Origin: Candidatus Thorarchaeota archaeon
Lineage (GTDB): Archaea; Asgardarchaeota; Thorarchaeia; Thorarchaeales; Thorarchaeaceae
Assembly: GCA_029858305.1 (NCBI GenBank)
Contig: JAOUFI010000062.1
Span: forward strand, 1-12,868
Length of the DNA: 12,868 bases
Direction of reading: 5' to 3'
The notes under the pieces are model-generated. The model searched no databases. It worked only from the letters and a program-made list of their open reading frames with translations, and was not told the DNA's origin. The translations under genes were made by a program, and so were the position numbers. This document shows, piece after piece, positions 6,859-12,868 of this stretch. The first letter of the stretch is position 1, and every line of letters begins with the position of its first letter.

Positions 6859-9054
6859 TCATCCATACATAGATTGAGCTCCTGGTTCAGCCTCAATGCT
6901 TCTTCGAAGGAATTGGTCTAGTTTCCTGAACCTCTCCAACATCTCTTTTGTTGTCGAGGCATGAACACCTTTTATAGCCTCTTCAAAATGCTTCCAGCTT
7001 ACTATCTCTGTTTCCATGTCATCTCGAAGAGCCCGCATCCCCGCCTCTCTACAGATTGCCTCAATGTCACCACCAACATAGTATTCTGTAAGGTCCACGA
7101 GCTTCTTGATTGAAACATCATCATCGAGTGGCATATTTGCCATGTAAATCTCAAAGATTGCTTTCCTGCTCTTAGCATCTGGTGCATCAACATTCACGAA
7201 TCTATCAAATCTACCAGTCCGAAGAAGTGCTTTGTCAATTAACTCTGGACGATTTGTTGCAGCGATGACAACAACATCTTTCATAGACTCCAAGCCATCC
7301 ATTTCTGTGAGAAGCTGACTGATGACTCTCTCTGAATGGTGGAAATCCCCTGAGCCGCCTCCCCTTGAGGGTGCAATTGCATCGATTTCGTCGAAGAATA
7401 TGATTGAAGGTGCAGCAGTTCTTGCTTTCCGGAAAATCTCTCGAATTGCTTTTTCACTCTCTCCAACCCATTTGGAAATCAGCTCCGGCCCCTTCACACT
7501 GATGAAGTTTGCTTCGCTCTCTGTTGCAACAGCTCGAGCTAACAGAGTCTTGCCACAACCAGGTGGTCCGTAGATTAACACTCCCTTTGGAGGATTAATG
7601 CCTAACCTACGAAATGCCTCAGGTTTCTTGAGAGGCCACTCAACAACCTCTATGAGCTCTTGAATCACGCTCTCTAGGCCGCCAATGTCACTCCACTTGA
7701 CATTTGGAACCTCAATGAACACCTCTCTCACAGCAGAAGGCTGTATCTCTCGCAATGCCTCCATAAAGTCTCCACTGTTTACCTCCAACTCATCAAGAAC
7801 GTCTTGAGGAATTTCATCATCCTCCAAGTTCAGCTGTGGGAGGTACCTCCTTAAGGCTTTCATTGCAGCCTCTCTACACAAAGCCTGTAAGTCTGCACCT
7901 ACAAAACCGTGTGTAATCTTTGCGAGTTTCTGCAGGTCGACCGTGCCATCTCCTTCAGAAGTTAATGGCATTCCTCTTGAGTGAATATGAAGGACCTCCA
8001 GTCTTCCTGTTTCATCTGGAACTCCAATCTCAATCTCTCTATCAAATCGACCTGGTCTCCGAAGGGCTGGATCTAGAGCATTCACTCTGTTTGTCGCACC
8101 AATAACAACGACTTGTCCACGGGATTTGAGTCCGTCCATTGTAGCCAGCAACTGCGCCACAACTCTTCTTTCTACCTCGCCTTGGACATCTTCTCTCTTT
8201 GGCGCGATTGCATCTAATTCATCGATAAATATGATACTTGGAGCATTTTCTTCTGCTTCTTCAAAGAGCTTCCTGAGTTTCTGTTCCGATTCACCATAGA
8301 ACTTGGACATGATTTCTGGACCGTTTATGTGTACAAAGTTCGCTTCAGACTCACTTGCTACTGCCTTTGCAAGAAGCGTCTTACCTGTTCCAGGTGGGCC
8401 GTGTAGAATCAGACCACGTGGTGGATCAATACCTAACCTCTTGAAGATTTCTGGGTGCTTCATCGGTAGCTCAACCATCTCTCTGATTCTCTGAATTGCA
8501 TCAGAGAGTCCACCTATCTCTTCGTAGGTGACTGCTGAAGTGCCAACCACATCACCAGTGGGTTTCTCAGCAATTGCTAGTACTGTGGAGTGTTGTACCA
8601 CTACGGTTCCTGCAGGTTTTATTGAAGTCACCTTGAAGGGTATCGCTCTCCCCAAAATGGGTATGAAGACAGTATCCTGTACTGTCACAGGACAATTGAG
8701 AAGTTTCCTCTTCACAAATTCCTCAAATCGTGGTTCTGGTCTAATTGGAACCGATGTTGGTGCAAGGGTGACACTCTTTGCTGGTTCCTCATTTGCCCGA
8801 GAAACACTCACCTTTTCGCTTAGACTAACTCCCGCGTTTCTTCTGATTCTCCCGTCCATTCGAATGATTTCATGTCCCTTATCTCCCTGGTAAGCTGGCC
8901 ATGCAATCGCAGCAGTAACTCTCTTGCCTTTGATCTGGATAATGTCTCCAGTTCTTACTCCTAGCTTCTCCATTGACATAGCATCAATACGCACTATGAA
9001 CCTGCCAATGTCTCTATGTTCGGCCTCTGCGACCTTAAGTACAATTTCGACCAC
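6859..9054 (-). CDS. cdc48: Cdc48/VAT (p97/VCP-like) double-ring AAA+ ATPase
   Basis: N-domain ([17 protein letters not shown]), two AAA modules with Walker A GPPGTGKT and GPPGCGKT, Walker B IIFIDELD and [22 protein letters not shown] and LLRTGRFDR, and a C-terminal HbYX motif (MYG). GTG start with GGAGG upstream. Confidence 0.97.
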   Translation of the reverse strand: MVEIVLKVAEAEHRDIGRFIVRIDAMSMEKLGVRTGDIIQIKGKRVTAAIAWPAYQGDKGHEIIRMDGRIRRNAGVSLSEKVSVSRANEEPAKSVTLAPTSVPIRPEPRFEEFVKRKLLNCPVTVQDTVFIPILGRAIPFKVTSIKPAGTVVVQHSTVLAIAEKPTGDVVGTSAVTYEEIGGLSDAIQRIREMVELPMKHPEIFKRLGIDPPRGLILHGPPGTGKTLLAKAVASESEANFVHINGPEIMSKFYGESEQKLRKLFEEAEENAPSIIFIDELDAIAPKREDVQGEVERRVVAQLLATMDGLKSRGQVVVIGATNRVNALDPALRRPGRFDREIEIGVPDETGRLEVLHIHSRGMPLTSEGDGTVDLQKLAKITHGFVGADLQALCREAAMKALRRYLPQLNLEDDEIPQDVLDELEVNSGDFMEALREIQPSAVREVFIEVPNVKWSDIGGLESVIQELIEVVEWPLKKPEAFRRLGINPPKGVLIYGPPGCGKTLLARAVATESEANFISVKGPELISKWVGESEKAIREIFRKARTAAPSIIFFDEIDAIAPSRGGGSGDFHHSERVISQLLTEMDGLESMKDVVVIAATNRPELIDKALLRTGRFDRFVNVDAPDAKSRKAIFEIYMANMPLDDDVSIKKLVDLTEYYVGGDIEAICREAGMRALRDDMETEIVSWKHFEEAIKGVHASTTKEMLERFRKLDQFLRRSIEAEPGAQSMYG

Positions 9055-9099
9055 AGTCTAGAAACAACCTCCAAGACTATCATAACTCTAGAAATGGGA

Positions 9100-9220
9100 C
9101 GGGAGTTGTTTATCATTAAACTCCGTTTTTTATCCGCTATTCAATGTTTCTTTCCGTACCAATATAATCGGCTATACAAATCATATAGCCATTGTTTATG
9201 TAGATATGCTATCTATATGA
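9100..9220 (-). promoter_or_regulatory. Putative cdc48 promoter region with clustered inverted repeats
   Basis: AT-rich 211-bp gap. On the minus strand AAAAAACGGAG-TTTAATGATAAA is BRE/TATA-like, flanked by GGAGTT-N11-AACTCC (9102-9124). Also GGCTATA-N7-TATAGCC (9170-9190) and TAGATA-N3-TATCTA (9201-9215). Confidence 0.4.
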
Positions 9221-9265
9221 AAAGTATCAAGAGATAGTAATTTACCGTATTTTTACTCTATCCAG

Positions 9266-9532
9266 TTACATACGTGACACTCTTTCAATTTCGACCTGTG
9301 ATACGCCCTCAATGGCGCTAATGGCTTCTTCGATATCATCAGTACCACCCATGGATTCTTCTCGTGCCAGATTCATTCTAATTGCTTTTAGTCCAAAAGC
9401 AATAGGCTGGGTTTCAACTGCACCAACATCTGTCCCTTGTGGAATAGCGCTCTTGATTTGCGTGAGAAGATTATCCAGGTCTATATCTACACCATCCGGC
9501 ATGATCTTTATTGTCATTACCACTCTTGCCAT
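9266..9532 (-). CDS. ef1b: Translation elongation factor 1-beta (aEF-1beta)
   Basis: MARVVMTIKIMPDGVDIDLD...QPIAFGLKAI...GGTDDIEEAISAIEGVSQVEIERVSR is the canonical archaeal EF-1beta pattern. It lies downstream of the Zn-ribbon gene as in many archaea. Confidence 0.95.
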   Translation of the reverse strand: MARVVMTIKIMPDGVDIDLDNLLTQIKSAIPQGTDVGAVETQPIAFGLKAIRMNLAREESMGGTDDIEEAISAIEGVSQVEIERVSRM

Positions 9533-9555
9533 CAATTATCAACTCCAATCTGGGT

Positions 9556-9732
9556 CTATGGACCTTCAAATCCACAATTAGGACAAGTGTACCTGTTGGA
9601 AAAGCGCCTGCATGATTCGCATCGCCATATTGTGAAATCCCCGCAGGATGGGCACTGGAACTTGACATTATCCTCTTGTGGGGAAACCGAAGAGTGACAA
9701 GAAGTACACCGAGTAGCTTTCATACTTGCCAA
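9556..9732 (-). CDS. Small Zn-ribbon protein, HVO_2753 / DUF1610 family (four CxxC motifs)
   Basis: CTSC...FQCPSCG...IWRCESCR...YTCPNCGFEGP, in its conserved position directly upstream of EF-1beta. The likely start is TTG 9732 (GGTGA upstream) or ATG 9723, not 9855. Confidence 0.9.
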   Translation of the reverse strand: MASMKATRCTSCHSSVSPQEDNVKFQCPSCGDFTIWRCESCRRFSNRYTCPNCGFEGP

Positions 9733-9798
9733 ATACATCACCAGAAAGGTTGTGACTGATACTGCGCAGTACCAGTTTTGGCCTCGATTTGGCCAATT

Positions 9799-9807
9799 GT
9801 TATAAAG
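9799..9807. promoter_or_regulatory. Candidate TATA box in the divergent Zn-ribbon / fen intergenic region
   Basis: GTTATAAAG reads TTATAAA on + and TTTATAA on -. A second AT-rich element, AATATAA (9854-9860), lies about 25 nt before the fen ATG. Confidence 0.35.
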
Positions 9808-9885
9808 TTGTCGAAGTGTAGGCACTCTGGAAAGGATAAAATGTAGTGATGCCAATATAACATCACATCCTGTGGAGTGGATTGG

Positions 9886-10920
9886 ATGGGTACAAAGCTT
9901 GCTGATATAATCGAAGCAGAAACACTCACTCTTTCAGACTTATCTGGAAAAGAGATTGCAGTTGATGCCTTTAATACAATCTACTCTTTCCTCGCAACAA
10001 TCCGTCAACCCGATGGCACACCACTCACAGATAGACATGGTCGTGTGACCAGTCATCTCAGCGGTATGTTCTATCGTAATGTCAACTTGCTTGAGAATGG
10101 CATCAGTCCGGTTTACGTCTTTGACGGGGTTTCACCAGAGTTGAAATCAGCAGAAGTAGAGCGTAGGCGTGAGATTCGGGATACAGCCTACGAGGAATGG
10201 AAAATAGCTAAGGAAGAGGGCCGGATTGAGGATGCTCGAAAGGCAGGGCAGGCAAGCTCAAAGCTCACAGGCCCCATGGTAAATGAGACAAAAGAGTTAC
10301 TTCATGCACTCGGAATCCCCGTGATTCAAGCACCTTCAGAAGGTGAAGCAGTAGCTGCCCAGATGGCACGAGCTGGTCTAGTCTGGGCTAGTGCAAGTCA
10401 AGACAATGACTCTCTTCTGTATAATTGCCCACGGATGATTCGCAACCTATCTATCTCAGGACGACGTAGAGTGGCTCGTTCAAAGACTTACAAGAGCATA
10501 GACCCAGAGCTCATTCTTTTAGATAGAACTCTCCAGATGCTTGGAATTACGCGAGAGCAACTCATTGACATTGCTATTCTTGTTGGTACTGATTATAATG
10601 ACAGCGTAAAGGGCATAGGCCAGAAGACAGCTCTGAAACTCGTCAAAGCCCATGGCACCCTCGAAGAGATTGAAAAAGAGCGTGGTGAGAAATTTAATTT
10701 TCCTTACGAGGAAATTCGCGAGATTTTCTTGAATCCTCCCAAGATTGAACTGAAACATCCGAAATGGTCTGATCCAAAACCTGAGGTTATCTCGAGAATA
10801 CTCTGTGCAGAACACGACTTCAGTGAGGCACGTGTTCAAAAATCACTAGAGCGGCTTCAAGAGGCATTGGAGGAAATCCGTGGTTCAACACATCAGAGTT
10901 CATTATCCGACTTTTTCTGA
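9886..10920 (+). CDS. fen: Flap endonuclease 1
   Basis: MG start, IAVDAFNTIYSFLATIRQPDGTPL, TSHLSG, VFDG, APSEGEA, SQDNDSLL, LVGTDYN, GIGQKTALKLVK (H3TH) and a C-terminal PIP box QSSLSDFF. ATG 9886 is preceded by GGAGTGG. Confidence 0.97.
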   Translation: MGTKLADIIEAETLTLSDLSGKEIAVDAFNTIYSFLATIRQPDGTPLTDRHGRVTSHLSGMFYRNVNLLENGISPVYVFDGVSPELKSAEVERRREIRDTAYEEWKIAKEEGRIEDARKAGQASSKLTGPMVNETKELLHALGIPVIQAPSEGEAVAAQMARAGLVWASASQDNDSLLYNCPRMIRNLSISGRRRVARSKTYKSIDPELILLDRTLQMLGITREQLIDIAILVGTDYNDSVKGIGQKTALKLVKAHGTLEEIEKERGEKFNFPYEEIREIFLNPPKIELKHPKWSDPKPEVISRILCAEHDFSEARVQKSLERLQEALEEIRGSTHQSSLSDFF

Positions 10921-11029
10921 TGGTCCGAGGAAAACAAACATAAGCTCTATGATGCGAGATGAAACTGCTTCCGTGACTCATAAATAGAGACCTACCTATC
11001 TAGTAGTAGGAGATAAGGTGAATCCGCCT

Positions 11030-11722
11030 ATGCGAGAAAGAATGACGGCTGTCAGAGCATCTATATCTGATATAATCAATGGCAAATTTCGAGAAGACAA
11101 TGGTGCCCACGTGATATCTCCGTTTGACGTGGAACTCCGAAGGGTAGCACTTGTTGGTTTTGTTGTTGGCAAGTATCATAGAGATGCAGATTCCAACGGG
11201 AAACGGTTTGAAAGCATTACGCTCGACGATGGAAGCGATACTATCAGGGTAAAGGTCTGGGGAGAAGAGGATGCAGCTTTGCTAGAGGGTGTCAAGGAGA
11301 ATATCTTGGCCCTCGTCATAGGTAAGATAAGAAAGTATGATGATGAGGTCTATCTTGTCCCAGAGATTGTTAGGGAGCTTAAAGATCCCAACTTCATGGG
11401 TCTCCATCTCATGCAGCGTTATCAAGCAATCCTCACCCGTAGCGGCGTAACGATGACTGTTGCAGAGGATAGTGACCAACAACTTCTGACTCCATCATCA
11501 GCAAATGCCAAGGCTGCGGCACTCGGCGGTGTCACAAAACAGATTCTGAACTATATCGAGTTGCATGCTGTACCTGAGGGAGTCTATATCAAGGACATAG
11601 TAGCGTTCTTCGAGAAAAAGGGGCATCAGTCTATGGACATCCAAATGAAGGTCTTTGACCTGGTGGCGGATGGACTCATCAATGAAGTCGACCCCGCCAG
11701 ATATCTTCCGGCTACCTTATGA
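11030..11722 (+). CDS. Replication protein A subunit 2 (RPA32)-like OB-fold protein with C-terminal winged helix
   Basis: R.TAVRASISDIINGKF, RVALVGFVV, ITLDDGSDTIRVKVW and VIGKIRKYDDEVYLVPEIV match an RPA2/Stn1-type OB fold. A low-complexity linker precedes a wH (ILNYIE..EGVYIKDI...VFDLVADGLINEVDPARY). Start is ATG 11030 (AGGTGA upstream) or GTG 11018. Confidence 0.8.
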   Translation: MRERMTAVRASISDIINGKFREDNGAHVISPFDVELRRVALVGFVVGKYHRDADSNGKRFESITLDDGSDTIRVKVWGEEDAALLEGVKENILALVIGKIRKYDDEVYLVPEIVRELKDPNFMGLHLMQRYQAILTRSGVTMTVAEDSDQQLLTPSSANAKAAALGGVTKQILNYIELHAVPEGVYIKDIVAFFEKKGHQSMDIQMKVFDLVADGLINEVDPARYLPATL

Positions 11723-11777
11723 CCATCAGGTCTACCAGAACAATACCTTCAATAGTATAAAGTGAGGGACTTCAAGT

Positions 11778-12191
11778 ATGGACGATTATGATAAACTCCT
11801 GGAACGTGCACGAACTCAGGTTCCTGAAGATGCATTCAAGCGATCAGGTGAGCGATTCAAGGTGCCTGCTGTTCAGATGATGGTTCAGGGGAATCGTAGT
11901 CTATGGCAAAACTTCCAAGATATTATCAATGTCCTGAACCGACCCGGTAGGGAAGTTCTCAAGTTTGTTTCGGGACAGCTCGGCACAGCAGGAACAATGG
12001 AAGGTGGTACTGCTATCTTTAATGGAAAGTTCACTACCGAACTCGTAGACGAGCTTGTTGCCAGATATGTTGAATCCTATGTGATTTGTCCTGTCTGCAC
12101 CCGTCCTGATACGGAGATTGAAAAAATAAGCCATGCATATTATCTCACATGTTCGGCTTGCGGCGCTCGTACCGCTATCAGACCTGTTTGA
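11778..12191 (+). CDS. eif2b: Translation initiation factor 2 subunit beta (aIF2-beta)
   Basis: YDKLLERA..VP...ERFKVP, GNRS..QNF.DI...LNR, LGTAG, YVICPVCTRPDT and LTCSACGA (C4 zinc finger). Confidence 0.96.
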   Translation: MDDYDKLLERARTQVPEDAFKRSGERFKVPAVQMMVQGNRSLWQNFQDIINVLNRPGREVLKFVSGQLGTAGTMEGGTAIFNGKFTTELVDELVARYVESYVICPVCTRPDTEIEKISHAYYLTCSACGARTAIRPV

Positions 12192-12312
12192 GGTGTCATC
12201 TCGATTCTTTTCATTCTTCTCTTGGAGGTAGTTTAAATTCATCTGGTTGCGCATCTGCCTTGGAGTGACAGCTCTTATCGAGGATCATAAGTCAGCTATC
12301 CGAATAATCGCT

Positions 12313-12326
12313 ATGGTCATGACCAT
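12313..12326. promoter_or_regulatory. Perfect 14-bp palindrome ATGGTCATGACCAT, candidate operator
   Basis: Directly visible in the non-coding gap, about 140 nt upstream of the CxxCH gene. Function is inferred only. Confidence 0.35.
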
Positions 12327-12405
12327 CAACTTCTCATTGTTTTTCTTGGAACCATCTCAGTTCTAAATGAAAAAGACACTGAGTTTATCTTAGAGTAGAT
12401 GGCTT

Positions 12406-12505
12406 AGTATGTCAAATGAAATTCTGTTACTAAGCAACTAGATGATGAAAAAGGTGTTTCAGTATGTCAAATGAAATGTCTACTATTAAACAACAAGATG
12501 ATGAA
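12406..12505 (+). repeat. Imperfect tandem direct repeat (55-nt period) duplicating the start of the CxxCH gene
   Basis: 12406-12449 AGTATGTCAAATGAAAT-TCTGTTACTAAGCAACTAGATGATGAA versus 12461-12505 AGTATGTCAAATGAAATGTCTACTATTAAACAACAAGATGATGAA. The first 17 nt are identical, and 39 of 45 positions match with one gap. Confidence 0.85.
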
Positions 12506-12670
12506 GTAGATGCATGGGTGAAGAAAGTCAGAAAAGTCGTCTTAGGCGTTGTTGTCATTATCGTCATTTCTCTCGCTGCTTTCCTGGGGTTGCACTACTT
12601 TCTGAGTGGTGGGCAGATTCCCTTGCAGCCTTGTTGGACCTGTCATGCTGAGATTGCCGGACCGCCATAA
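12464..12670 (+). CDS. Small single-pass membrane protein with a C-terminal CxxCH (putative c-type heme-binding) motif
   Basis: AAGGTG Shine-Dalgarno-like motif at 12451-12456. A basic patch KKVRK precedes a 20-residue hydrophobic helix, followed by CWTCH (12632-12646) and TAA. Confidence 0.7.
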   Translation: MSNEMSTIKQQDDEVDAWVKKVRKVVLGVVVIIVISLAAFLGLHYFLSGGQIPLQPCWTCHAEIAGPP

Positions 12671-12868
12671 GACTGGTCAGATTATTTGAGATAGACCACC
12701 TCATGCAATTGCTGTAGGAAGATTGAACTCACCTAACGACACATCTCGTAAATCCCAAATTGAGATTTTACCACTAAATTTGCGTTCATCCCTTATTGAA
12801 AAGCATCTATTTCTTCCTTAAATCAAGAAACTTTCCATCCCGAATTCGAGCAAGGTATCTTCTTCCTC

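Noticed and set aside
6143-8893. Plus-strand ORFs opposite ribL, the wH gene and cdc48
   Set aside because: Antisense shadow ORFs of conserved genes with no recognisable domains.
9016-9237. 73-aa plus-strand ORF across the cdc48 upstream region
   Set aside because: It overlaps the cdc48 start, has the aromatic/Cys-rich composition typical of translated AT-rich non-coding DNA, and covers the likely promoter.
9733-9855. N-terminal extension of the Zn-ribbon ORF to 99 aa in the ORF track
   Set aside because: The family is about 55-60 aa, a GGTGA motif sits just before TTG 9732, and the extension runs through the divergent promoter region.
11901-12254. 117-aa minus-strand ORF overlapping aIF2-beta
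   Set aside because: Mostly antisense to a conserved gene, with no motif or ribosome-binding signal.
12311-12355. Minus-strand ATG...AGT TGA TGG TCA TGA CCA TAG could read as a UxxU selenoprotein motif
   Set aside because: The TGA pair arises from the 14-bp palindrome, TAG follows two codons later, the ORF is tiny and I recognised no SECIS-like hairpin.
12406-12505. Direct repeat considered as a mini-CRISPR array
   Set aside because: Only two degenerate copies, an 11-nt spacer, coding-like content and no cas genes in the window.

Overview
Archaeal genomic DNA, probably from an Asgard archaeon (Thorarchaeota-like; this is an inference from protein style and gene set, not a search). The right two-thirds is a housekeeping block: archaeal FAD synthase ribL, a small winged-helix protein, Cdc48/VAT with a C-terminal HbYX motif, EF-1beta, an HVO_2753-type Zn-ribbon, FEN1 with a PIP box, an RPA2-like OB+wH protein and aIF2-beta. 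The left third holds a large PUA + PAPS-reductase-like + ferredoxin protein and a three-gene accessory cassette for surface-glycan modification: a CE4 deacetylase, a membrane-anchored left-handed beta-helix acyltransferase and a divergent GT-C (GT87/PIG-M-like) glycosyltransferase. The most notable observations are a 68-aa single-pass membrane protein with a lone CxxCH heme-c motif whose 5' end is tandemly duplicated, a probable CUG start and a TBP-like insert in the PUA/PAPS protein, a perfect 16-bp palindrome (CTAATTAG x2) joining two convergent stop codons, and clustered inverted repeats upstream of cdc48. No rRNA, tRNA, CRISPR array or transposase was recognised.
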